IMG/VR virus record: IMGVR_UViG_3300021373_002801
Span: 12,581-76,580 of that record
DNA: 64,000 nucleotides
DNA from: a virus
Reading direction: 5' to 3' (one strand)
Position numbers and translations under genes: made by a program. This document shows, in pieces, positions 20,108-28,979 of this stretch (its first letter is position 1; each line of letters starts with the position of its first letter). The notes under the pieces were generated by a model. It ran no database searches. It worked only from the letters and a program-made list of their open reading frames with translations, and was not told where the DNA came from.

Positions 20108-20825
20108 AGGGACATCCTTTTAATTTTGCTAGACTTTTATATCTTTCGTTTAATGGTCTAAATGTATGTTCGTTACGTATATTATTGCATAATTTTATAT
20201 CTTCCCATGGACACTTTTGTTGTTGTAGTTTTACAATATTATCACTGTAAAATTTAAAATATGCAATAGCATCGCCTTTTTTGATTTTAATTTTATCTTT
20301 TATTTTTTTACATTCAAATACAATTTCAGCAGGTCTTGTCCATTTTGCAATGTCAAACTCGCCAGGATATAATGTTGTTTTGTCTGTAAAATCGTTGTAG
20401 TGCAAAAATGCAGGTAGCATTTGCATTTGCATACTGTCTGATGTTTGGAAAATATTTAACCAATCAATACCTATCATAGGATATACATTCTTTCCACGTT
20501 GACTATCAAACAAAAATCTGGTGTCAATTAAACAATTAAATTGTTCTTGATTAAGATTAGGACATGTAATTTTTACATCACCAGTTTTTTCATTTACATC
20601 TATTTCAATAGTAAGATCGTATGGAGCATGAAACACAAACATATTCTTTATGAAGTCTGTATGTGCTGGACACTTTAAAACAATATTTCCTTTACGTTCG
20701 CTAATATAAGTTTTTTGTAGAGGAACTAAAACATCTTGCGAATTATCTAACAAATCAATTAAACACGCAGGATGGTCTATATCCCATTCACTGCTGGTTA
20801 TAAACGACCAATTAATTAATGCCAT
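20097..20825 (-). CDS. Hypothetical protein (KCPA...KKGDAIA motifs), co-transcribed with halogenases
   Basis: 242-aa ORF overlapping both neighbouring halogenase genes on the same strand. Confidence 0.7.
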   Translation of the reverse strand: MALINWSFITSSEWDIDHPACLIDLLDNSQDVLVPLQKTYISERKGNIVLKCPAHTDFIKNMFVFHAPYDLTIEIDVNEKTGDVKITCPNLNQEQFNCLIDTRFLFDSQRGKNVYPMIGIDWLNIFQTSDSMQMQMLPAFLHYNDFTDKTTLYPGEFDIAKWTRPAEIVFECKKIKDKIKIKKGDAIAYFKFYSDNIVKLQQQKCPWEDIKLCNNIRNEHTFRPLNERYKSLAKLKGCPYEQ

Positions 20826-22287
20826 GTTTTTTTATTTCTCTTAATCTATCTAATTCTGTGCTATGATGATGTCCGTCTAAATATCTAAATTTTTCAAATT
20901 CAACATAATTCTTTATTATTATGTTTTTTGCTGTTTCCTTATCTATACCAATATTTTTTTCTGTTAACTTATATCCTAGTTGAATAAGGAATATTGTCCA
21001 ATTAGGGCCACCAAACATTGTGTTATATTTAACTGTAGTAGGTAGTTGTATATTGGGATTTTTAAAGTCTTCGATATAACTTAACATCTCATCACTGGGG
21101 ACAAAAAGGTCGTTTACATAATTCCAAAAAGGTGTAGTCCTAATATTATCTGCATAATGCATTGCAACGAAGTTAACACAATTTTCAAATACAATTTTCA
21201 TTTGTATGTTAAAATAATCAACTTCGTTTTTTGTATAGTGATTTTCGTTTAATATTCCGTTTAACTGACCAACTGCATAGGTCATTAGTGCTACACCTGA
21301 ACTTTCTAAAGGTTCAATAAACCCTGCGCTAAGTCCTATACTTACAATGTTATCGTGCCACTGATCTTCGTTATAATAAGGATCCCAATTTATTACTTTT
21401 AAATTATCTTTATCTATTCTATTATCCCAATAATCTACAAAATAATTTTTAGCATCATCTATATCAGTTATGTTCCTGTTGAATAGCATACCAGTACCAA
21501 TTCTATCTTGTACAGGTATTTTCCAAACCCATCCATGATCTACAGCATCGCATTTGACATACGGGGTTAGTTCATTTTCCCTATCATTGTACGGAACATG
21601 CCCTGCAATAGCAGTGTTAACAAATAAACGTTTGTCCAAATTTACACGTTTACAATTTTTTCGTAAAACTTGTTTAAACCCAGTGCAGTCGATATACAAA
21701 TCGCTTTTAATTATGTCGCTGTTTTGTAAATGTAAACAGTCTATACCTTCATTTTGATTATAATCAATATCGATTACATCACTGTTTATAATAGTAACTT
21801 TGTTTTCTAATTTTTTCCTTACATAAGACACAAGTTTACCACAATCAATGTGTACAGCATAGCGTTCTAATTCTGTCATGTCTACACTATTTTTCATGCT
21901 ATTTTCATAAAACGCTGTACAATATTTTTTAAAATCTAAATCCTGCACATTTGTATATAGATCATAAAGATTCCAGTTTTTTAAAATTCTATCATTGCCT
22001 TTATAAAAAGGGTGCCAAATATCTTCACCAGGTTTTTGCCAATTCGTAAAAAGTATACCTGACTTATAAGCACTTTTTATTTCTAAAAACCAATCTTCTA
22101 TAGGAAATCCTGCTTCCTCAAGAAACGGTCTAAAAGTTAAAAGCGTAGCCTCTCCAACACCAATAGGTTCTGGTACTTCTTTGTCAACTACAGTAATGTT
22201 AATATGTGGTTGTCTATGGCTAAGATATGCAGCTGTAAGCCATCCAGCAGTACCGCCGCCTACAATAGTAAGTGTGTTGACTTTCAT
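20812..22287 (-). CDS. Flavin-dependent halogenase (tryptophan halogenase family)
   Basis: GGGTAGW, IGVGEAT, SAYKSGI, GWVWKIP, GFIEPLESSG; AAAGGA RBS. Confidence 0.9.
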   Translation of the reverse strand: MKVNTLTIVGGGTAGWLTAAYLSHRQPHINITVVDKEVPEPIGVGEATLLTFRPFLEEAGFPIEDWFLEIKSAYKSGILFTNWQKPGEDIWHPFYKGNDRILKNWNLYDLYTNVQDLDFKKYCTAFYENSMKNSVDMTELERYAVHIDCGKLVSYVRKKLENKVTIINSDVIDIDYNQNEGIDCLHLQNSDIIKSDLYIDCTGFKQVLRKNCKRVNLDKRLFVNTAIAGHVPYNDRENELTPYVKCDAVDHGWVWKIPVQDRIGTGMLFNRNITDIDDAKNYFVDYWDNRIDKDNLKVINWDPYYNEDQWHDNIVSIGLSAGFIEPLESSGVALMTYAVGQLNGILNENHYTKNEVDYFNIQMKIVFENCVNFVAMHYADNIRTTPFWNYVNDLFVPSDEMLSYIEDFKNPNIQLPTTVKYNTMFGGPNWTIFLIQLGYKLTEKNIGIDKETAKNIIIKNYVEFEKFRYLDGHHHSTELDRLREIKKHGIN

Positions 22288-22309
22288 ATATTGTATCCTT
22301 TGTTTAATG

Positions 22310-22317
22310 TACTTATA
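22310..22317 (-). promoter_or_regulatory. Late promoter-like variant TATAAGTA (minus strand), overlapping the plus-strand box
   Basis: Reverse complement of tacttata, upstream of the RBS of the 22287 gene. Confidence 0.45.
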
Positions 22318-22321
22318 AATA
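22314..22321 (+). promoter_or_regulatory. T4-type late promoter TATAAATA
   Basis: Exact T4 late consensus, 5 nt before ATG 22327. Confidence 0.7.
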
Positions 22322-22326
22322 TTGCT

Positions 22327-22902
22327 ATGCTTATAGTTGACGATCTGATATCAAAACCGTATCAAGAAGAAATAAAAGAAAATTTCTTAGATATTGAAAA
22401 TAAAAATTCTTATAAGTTTCCTTGGTCTTTTGTGCCGGATGTAACATCGGCAGATGTTGGCATTGTTGCTCCAGCAATGATGCATAATTTTTGTTGGGAG
22501 CGGGGAAATTATTCTCAATATTTTGATTTAGTTGAGCCAATTGCAATAGCAGGAGCAAATGCAGTAAACTATCCTGCAACCACAGTAATACAAGCTAGAA
22601 GTTTTTTACAATATCCTCTAAGCAAAACATTTCACGATAAACAAGTTGATCGCTTGCATATAGATTTAGATTATAAACATTTGGTTGTGCTATATTATGT
22701 TTTAGATTCTGATGGCGATACTATTATAACAAATAAAACATATGACGAACATAATGAACATTATTTAGATAAAATTGATGATGTTGTAATGCGAGTCACA
22801 CCAAAACAAGGTAGAGCTGTAATTTTTGATGGTAAGTACTATCATACAGCAGAACAGCCTAAAGATAATTTGAGATGCATTATAAATTTTAATGTAGAGT
22901 AA
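22327..22902 (+). CDS. 2OG-Fe(II) oxygenase-family protein
   Basis: HID...YYH...R-C-I-I-N-F-N. Start moved from 22204, which overlaps the divergent gene, to ATG 22327 (MLIVDD). Confidence 0.8.
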   Translation: MLIVDDLISKPYQEEIKENFLDIENKNSYKFPWSFVPDVTSADVGIVAPAMMHNFCWERGNYSQYFDLVEPIAIAGANAVNYPATTVIQARSFLQYPLSKTFHDKQVDRLHIDLDYKHLVVLYYVLDSDGDTIITNKTYDEHNEHYLDKIDDVVMRVTPKQGRAVIFDGKYYHTAEQPKDNLRCIINFNVE

Positions 22903-22905
22903 AAA

Positions 22906-23517
22906 ATGATAGAATTTGAAGTTATAGATAATTTTTTACCTAATGATCAGTTTACGAAACTGTCTAGCTATCTACTGTCTCAAGATTTTCCTTGGTTTTA
23001 CACAGAGCATGTTTCATTAGATCCTATAGATAACAATATTAAAAATCCTGAAGCAATAGAAACAGACGGATATGCACATTTGTTTTATGATAGAGATAAC
23101 GGATTAGAAGCTGTTACGCACAAAGTAATGGAAGACTTTAATAAACAAATACAAATTAAATTTGGTGTAACCTACAATGATATAATCCGATCAAGAGCTA
23201 GTATAAAGCATCCAAAAATAGGATACACTGAAGAAAATTATAACTTACCCCATGTTGATTATTTTATACCTCATCTTAGTTTAATTTATTATCTTAATGA
23301 TTGTGACGGCGATACAAGAATATTTGAAGAAAAATTTACTCCAGTACCCTCTGGCCCTAATTTAGGGATAAGTTATGATACGTTTACGGTTAAAGATAGA
23401 GTATCACCAAAAGCAAATCGACTTCTTGTTATTAACGGACTGCGATATCATACAGCAAGTAACCCTATAAAAAGTAAAAGACGTGTAATTATTAATATTA
23501 ATACGGAGGCAAAATGA
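22906..23517 (+). CDS. 2OG-Fe(II) oxygenase-family protein
   Basis: PHVD...YHTAS...RRVIININ. Confidence 0.85.
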   Translation: MIEFEVIDNFLPNDQFTKLSSYLLSQDFPWFYTEHVSLDPIDNNIKNPEAIETDGYAHLFYDRDNGLEAVTHKVMEDFNKQIQIKFGVTYNDIIRSRASIKHPKIGYTEENYNLPHVDYFIPHLSLIYYLNDCDGDTRIFEEKFTPVPSGPNLGISYDTFTVKDRVSPKANRLLVINGLRYHTASNPIKSKRRVIININTEAK

Positions 23518-24164
23518 GAATAGATCATGCATTTCCAATTCCTATAGTTACACTAGATTTAGATAAATCTGCATTAGATGATGCACACAAAAAAGTATGT
23601 ACTTACATTAAAGAAAAAATGCCAGAAAGCACACAAGAAAAAAATAAATTGCTTACTACATACTACCATGATAATAAAAACTTTTTAGGCACAATAAATG
23701 CTATTCCTATATTAGAGGAAATTAATAAACATGTGAGGGGATTTTTAGAATTAAGGGGATTTAGACCTGATTGTTATGTTGAAATTACTAGTTGGTTACA
23801 AATAAACCAGCCTGGTTCTTTGTTTAACAGACACGATCATTATGGAGCAATAGTTAGCGGAGTGTTTTATTTAGAAGTTCCTGAAAATTCTGGAAACTTA
23901 AAATTTCATAATCCTTTAGAACCAAGACGTGCATCTGATGTCTTTTTTGATAGGATAAGAAAAGAAGAAAATCAGTATAATTATGATTATATTGAATATG
24001 TCCCCAAAGTAGGCGAAATGATAATGTTTGAATCTTGGCTACAACATAGCGTAGAGATTAATAAAGCAGATAAAGATAGGTTATCTGTTTCGTATAATGT
24101 TTGGGCAGACGTAGACGATACAGTAAAAAAATTACGTAATGAAAGAGGCGATAATGGATCCTAG
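23514..24164 (+). CDS. 2OG-Fe(II) oxygenase-like protein (TIGR02466-type, HxH)
   Basis: HDH..AIVSGVFYL...FESWLQHSV...RLSVSYN. Confidence 0.85.
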   Translation: MRIDHAFPIPIVTLDLDKSALDDAHKKVCTYIKEKMPESTQEKNKLLTTYYHDNKNFLGTINAIPILEEINKHVRGFLELRGFRPDCYVEITSWLQINQPGSLFNRHDHYGAIVSGVFYLEVPENSGNLKFHNPLEPRRASDVFFDRIRKEENQYNYDYIEYVPKVGEMIMFESWLQHSVEINKADKDRLSVSYNVWADVDDTVKKLRNERGDNGS

Positions 24165-24738
24165 TGTTGAAATGTGGTTTCCAGTAGCAATATACAAAGA
24201 CACTGGAATTATATCTATACAAGAAAATACAAAAATTTACAATCGTGGTTTAGAACTACAAAAGACTGTTGCTAATGGAGGTAAAGAGTGGTACGGTGAC
24301 ACATACAATACTCATGACACTTTCGATTTAACCAACGATGAAATATTTCATCCATTATTAGATCAAATCACAGCCCATGCACACAATTTTGCTGAAATGC
24401 ACGGATCAAGCTCTGAACTAAAACTGTCGGGCGCCTGGCTTAATATTAATTCTGAAGGCACATTTCAAGAGTTTCATACTCATAATAATGCAATTTTTAG
24501 TTGTGTGTATTGGGTAGCAGCACCACCAGGATCAGGTAAATTAATTTTCGAAGACCCTAAAGAACCAGATATGTTACAAATTAGAGACATAAAATCTAGA
24601 AATAGTTTAAGTTTTACACGAATAGGATACGAAGCAGAGGAACGCAAATTACTAATTTTTAGATCTTATCTTCGTCATATGGTAGAACCTTGTAAAAATA
24701 AAACTCCAAGAATGAGTATTGCTGTAAACTATAGTTAA
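24154..24738 (+). CDS. 2OG-Fe(II) oxygenase-like protein (TIGR02466-type)
   Basis: HTH..AIFSCVYWV...FRSYLRHMV...RMSIAVN. Likely start is ATG 24154 after GAGG (track start 24139). Confidence 0.8.
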   Translation: MDPSVEMWFPVAIYKDTGIISIQENTKIYNRGLELQKTVANGGKEWYGDTYNTHDTFDLTNDEIFHPLLDQITAHAHNFAEMHGSSSELKLSGAWLNINSEGTFQEFHTHNNAIFSCVYWVAAPPGSGKLIFEDPKEPDMLQIRDIKSRNSLSFTRIGYEAEERKLLIFRSYLRHMVEPCKNKTPRMSIAVNYS

Positions 24739-24742
24739 ATGA

Positions 24743-25381
24743 ATGCTTAATAAATTAGAAATAAACCCCAATTTTAAAGTTACCGAAGAAGTTTTTAAAG
24801 ATAGTAAGATTTACTATGTTGATGAAATTTATAAAAATCCTGACGAGCTAGTTTCTTATTTGCTGACTATAGAAAAACCAGATCTACACAAAGCAAACGA
24901 TATTCCTAGTTACAACGGTGTACATTTTTTAGATTACAGACACAATTTTATTGATTATGATGTAGAAAAGGTCGCAGATGAATTAGCAAAAGTTTGTGGA
25001 CAAAGGTGTCTACCTCCACATAGGAGTGTTGTAGCAACAAATTGTACAAAATTTATTGACAAAAACTTTAATAATTACAAAGAAAATTATTGGTGTCCTC
25101 ATGTTGACTTTGAAGGATATATTGGAATAATTTATCTAAATCCTACTACAAGTCAAGGAACTAATTTGTACGAACAACTAGAAGACGATGTTTATGATGG
25201 ACCTGAACATTATCAACCATGGCGTCCTGCAGGCAAATACAAAATAATTAAAACACTTGAGGGTAAGTTTAACAGAGCAATTCTTTTTGATGCTGAATAT
25301 TTTTTACACGGAATGAGTGTTACTAATGATGATTTTTTTAAAATATTTAGACTAAATCAAGTACTATTCTTTAGCCCGTAG
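24743..25381 (+). CDS. 2OG-Fe(II) oxygenase-like protein (DUF6445-like)
   Basis: PHVD..YIGIIYL...GTNLY...FNRAILFD..LHG...RLNQVLF. Confidence 0.75.
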   Translation: MLNKLEINPNFKVTEEVFKDSKIYYVDEIYKNPDELVSYLLTIEKPDLHKANDIPSYNGVHFLDYRHNFIDYDVEKVADELAKVCGQRCLPPHRSVVATNCTKFIDKNFNNYKENYWCPHVDFEGYIGIIYLNPTTSQGTNLYEQLEDDVYDGPEHYQPWRPAGKYKIIKTLEGKFNRAILFDAEYFLHGMSVTNDDFFKIFRLNQVLFFSP

Positions 25382-26824
25382 TCTTTGTAAAAAGTCTTTA
25401 TGTCCTATCATTACTTTATTCATACCTAATACATTACGTTCTTCACGAATGCCGTCAGCAAGTTTTCTATTTGCATCACTCAACATATTGTATTCAGAGA
25501 GAAGACCGTCTCGATTAAATAATTCTAATCCTGCTAAAATTTGTATGAAATGAGGATCTTTAAATAATGCATAGCTACCAGTATGTATAAAATCTTCTAG
25601 TATAGGCAAATTGTTTTTCCAATGAGCTAACCAATCAGATAAATCTCCCGGTAATGGTACATTTTTTATATCTTTCCAAAATTCATTATGACCTTTATTT
25701 GTAACATAATGCAACGCAACAAAATCTCTTATATTATGCAACACAATTTCTATTTGTTTGTTGTATTCGTCTATTGACTTTTTGGTATAGTTGGGAAGTC
25801 GGTGCATAAGCAAAAATGTTTGATTAATACTAGTGCCAATACTAGTCGCCTCTAAAGGTTCTACAAAACTTGCACTTAGCCCTATTGCACAACAGTTGTT
25901 TATCCATACACGATCTAATGCACCCGGATCAAACTTCAAATGTTTACCAACATTTATTTTCTTACCAAGCAATTCTTCTACTTCTTGCTGTGCTTGATCA
26001 GCAGTTATATAATCACTGTCGAAAATATATCCATTGCCGCAACGATCCCAAACCGGAATAGTAAACATCCATCCATAATCCATTGCTCGCGCTGTAGTCC
26101 AAAGATCAATTTCTTGCTTTTGTTCTGTAGGAAATACAATAGCAGATTTCATTTTTAAATATTTGCTGTAACTATTCCACTTTGCTCCTAATTTATTAAT
26201 TAACAACCGTTTAAATCCAGTGCAATCAATAAAAAAATCACTAGCATAGTTTGTTTTTTCACCTACAATATAACTGATATCGCCTTGATCAGATAAAACA
26301 ACATCTTTTATTTCGTCATCTAATATGTTTATACCTTTTTGTTCTGCAATTATATGCAAATAATCATTAAGTTTTTGTGTATTAAAATGAAACTGATTGT
26401 AGGGACTGTCGTTATCTAAATGCCATTCGTCGACTGTATTTTCCCAAGTTCCTAAAGGATTTAGTTCTTTGTTTGACCAATCATGTGAAATTACTTTACC
26501 GTAGTATGTTCTATACTGGCCGTTTATAATTTCATGTTCAGGACCTATGCTGTGTAAATAATCTTTGTCGTGCCAATTTTTGAACATGATGCCGCTTTTA
26601 AATGTTGCATCACAGTTTTTTATTATGTCTTGAAAAGTCAATCCTATATAATTCATAAATTCGTTCCAGTGTTCGGTGCTACCCTCACCCACACCAATAA
26701 TTCCTATTTTTTCAGAACGAATTATTTGTATTTTTTTACTAGGAAAACGAGTTTTTAAAATTAAGGCGGCAACAAGTCCTGCTGTACCGCCCCCTACAAC
26801 TGAAATTTTCTCTAACTTATTCAA
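25364..26824 (-). CDS. Flavin-dependent halogenase-family protein
   Basis: GGGTAG, IGVGEGS, ATFKSGI, GWMFTIP (variant), FVEPLEATS. TTG start after AAAGGA. Confidence 0.85.
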   Translation of the reverse strand: MNKLEKISVVGGGTAGLVAALILKTRFPSKKIQIIRSEKIGIIGVGEGSTEHWNEFMNYIGLTFQDIIKNCDATFKSGIMFKNWHDKDYLHSIGPEHEIINGQYRTYYGKVISHDWSNKELNPLGTWENTVDEWHLDNDSPYNQFHFNTQKLNDYLHIIAEQKGINILDDEIKDVVLSDQGDISYIVGEKTNYASDFFIDCTGFKRLLINKLGAKWNSYSKYLKMKSAIVFPTEQKQEIDLWTTARAMDYGWMFTIPVWDRCGNGYIFDSDYITADQAQQEVEELLGKKINVGKHLKFDPGALDRVWINNCCAIGLSASFVEPLEATSIGTSINQTFLLMHRLPNYTKKSIDEYNKQIEIVLHNIRDFVALHYVTNKGHNEFWKDIKNVPLPGDLSDWLAHWKNNLPILEDFIHTGSYALFKDPHFIQILAGLELFNRDGLLSEYNMLSDANRKLADGIREERNVLGMNKVMIGHKDFLQRLRAKE

Positions 26825-26850
26825 TTTAGTATTTTCCTTTTAATGTTAAC

Positions 26851-26858
26851 AATAAATA
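26851..26858 (+). promoter_or_regulatory. Late promoter-like box AATAAATA
   Basis: 5 nt before ATG 26864, the same spacing as at 22314. Confidence 0.6.
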
Positions 26859-26863
26859 TCTGT

Positions 26864-27490
26864 ATGAACAATATACATCTAGAACACCATCCAATGTTTG
26901 TTACATCTGCTTATGTTACTTATGTCGAAGATATAGACAACACCAAGATAAGTGAACATGTATATCACTTAGATAAAAATGTTCCTAATGTTAGACGACA
27001 GCGTAGCAATGCCGGAGGCTTTCAAACTAATGATATTTACCCAATGCCCTATGATTTTGACGAAACAGGTAAATTATTTGATAATTTTATTAAACCGTCG
27101 GTTGGTACTATATTAAATGGTTGGCAAGTTCCGCATGATATTGATAGTTTTAGTTATTGGTATAATTTAAATCCAAAATACACATACAACAGAGAACATA
27201 TACATGCAAATGCTCTTGTTAGCGGAGTGTATTATGTTAAAGTTCCTAAAGATAGTGGTAGGATAGTTTTTAATCGTAGTACCAACGAATACGATCGTAT
27301 GCATAATATTCAAACTATTTACGCATCTAACGATTCTATAGTAGATAATCCACAAACAAATAATTCACATTGGTTTATTCCAGTAGAAGGAATGCTTGTG
27401 CTTTTTCCTAGTCATGTCAGTCATTATGTAGAACAGAATGTTACAGATGACGAAAGTGATGGTCGAATATCACTAAGTTTTAATTTTTAA
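26864..27490 (+). CDS. 2OG-Fe(II) oxygenase-like protein (TIGR02466-type)
   Basis: RSNAGGFQ, HIH..ALVSGVYYV, FPSHVSHYV, RISLSFNF. Start set at ATG 26864 (track 26843). Confidence 0.8.
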   Translation: MNNIHLEHHPMFVTSAYVTYVEDIDNTKISEHVYHLDKNVPNVRRQRSNAGGFQTNDIYPMPYDFDETGKLFDNFIKPSVGTILNGWQVPHDIDSFSYWYNLNPKYTYNREHIHANALVSGVYYVKVPKDSGRIVFNRSTNEYDRMHNIQTIYASNDSIVDNPQTNNSHWFIPVEGMLVLFPSHVSHYVEQNVTDDESDGRISLSFNF

Positions 27491-28979
27491 ATCTATACTG
27501 GTGAAACTCTTCGCTAGTCATACAATAAGACATAGTATTATACCATTCATCTTGCATGTCTAACAATGCATGTTCAATATCATCTTGGGTGTGTATTCTA
27601 CTTAAATCATTTACTGCAATTTCTGGATTAATTAAGCCTATTTGATACATAACATGACTATATAACGGACCGCCTCCACTGCCGTAATATGTAGGGAAAT
27701 CGTATCTACTTGGAATTCTTGACTTAGAACTTTCAATTAGTGTTTTATTATATTCTGTTGCCGAATTATTAGTAACATATTTCCAAAATTCAGTATCTGT
27801 TCTTCCCCCCATATAATGCATGTTTAAAAAATGCATATAATCATCTACAGATTTAGCATTTGTTTCATTATATATTTTTTGAGAAGATTCATTACATGTA
27901 TCTTCAATTGTATTTTTTAAAAACTGTTTACTAAAGATCTGTGTTTGCACTACAGTATGATGTATTGCTGTAGCTTCCATGGGTTCTAAAAATTGCGAAC
28001 TTAATCCGTTAGCAAAACAATTTTTGATCCAAGATTGTTTTAGCCTTCCTGCATCAAACTTTACAACTTTTATAGGATCAATACTATGTCCGTATACTGT
28101 TTCTACTTCTTTTATAGCATCGTCTATACTTATAAAATTGTCACTGAATACATATCCGTTGCCTCTTCGGTGTGCAAGAGGACCGCGCCACACCCATCCG
28201 TTGTTTTGTGCCCAGGCAGTTGTATATAATTCGGGATATTCATGTTCGTTATATTGTGTAAAAAACGGTATTGCAGTGTTAACTGGTAAATGATCTTTAT
28301 AACTTATCCAATTATTTTCTTTTAACTCATTTATTAAGATTTTTTTAAATCCACTACAATCTATAAAAAAATCTGCGCCAATATCTGTTTGATTAGACAA
28401 ATTTAGAGATTTTATAAAACCTTTATCGTCAAAATTAACATTAATAACTTCTGTATCTATTAATTTTACATTTTTTAATTGTAAACAGTGATTTTTTAAA
28501 TATTCACTAGTTTTCATACCGTCTATATGTAATGCAAAATTGTAATCTATAAAATCTTGATCTGTTTTATGAAATAATGTAAACTTTTTATCAATAAAAT
28601 TACCAAGTCGACTAATTTTTCCAAGATCTTTTCGAGGCAAGTTGTTCATACCCCAATAGAAAAACAGATCTTGGTCTAATCCGCTAGTATAACTACCGTC
28701 AATGGGCGCAGTATAGTAATCTGTAACATCAGGAGCCCAATTTATGTGCCGAATGGCATATTTTGGAGTAGCATTTGTCTTTAACATGAAATCTTTTAAA
28801 GACAGTCCGTACCTTCCGTCTAATAAGTTTGTAAAATACCCTGTAGTACTTTCACCTACACCTATAATACCAAATTTTGATGATTCAATTACTGTAAATG
28901 TGTGGTTAGGGTGTTCGTGTGCTAAAATTAGTGCAGTCGTCCAGCCACTTGTACCCCCACCAACAATGACTATGTTCAT
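27480..28979 (-). CDS. Flavin-dependent halogenase-family protein
   Basis: GGGTSGW, IGVGEST, ATPKYAI, GWVWRGP (variant), FLEPMEATA. Confidence 0.85.
   Translation of the reverse strand: MNIVIVGGGTSGWTTALILAHEHPNHTFTVIESSKFGIIGVGESTTGYFTNLLDGRYGLSLKDFMLKTNATPKYAIRHINWAPDVTDYYTAPIDGSYTSGLDQDLFFYWGMNNLPRKDLGKISRLGNFIDKKFTLFHKTDQDFIDYNFALHIDGMKTSEYLKNHCLQLKNVKLIDTEVINVNFDDKGFIKSLNLSNQTDIGADFFIDCSGFKKILINELKENNWISYKDHLPVNTAIPFFTQYNEHEYPELYTTAWAQNNGWVWRGPLAHRRGNGYVFSDNFISIDDAIKEVETVYGHSIDPIKVVKFDAGRLKQSWIKNCFANGLSSQFLEPMEATAIHHTVVQTQIFSKQFLKNTIEDTCNESSQKIYNETNAKSVDDYMHFLNMHYMGGRTDTEFWKYVTNNSATEYNKTLIESSKSRIPSRYDFPTYYGSGGGPLYSHVMYQIGLINPEIAVNDLSRIHTQDDIEHALLDMQDEWYNTMSYCMTSEEFHQYRFKN

Noticed and set aside
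22204-22326. N-terminal extension of the 232-aa ORF
   Set aside because: It overlaps the divergent halogenase gene start and spans the promoter; ATG 22327 fits the promoter spacing and family N-terminus.
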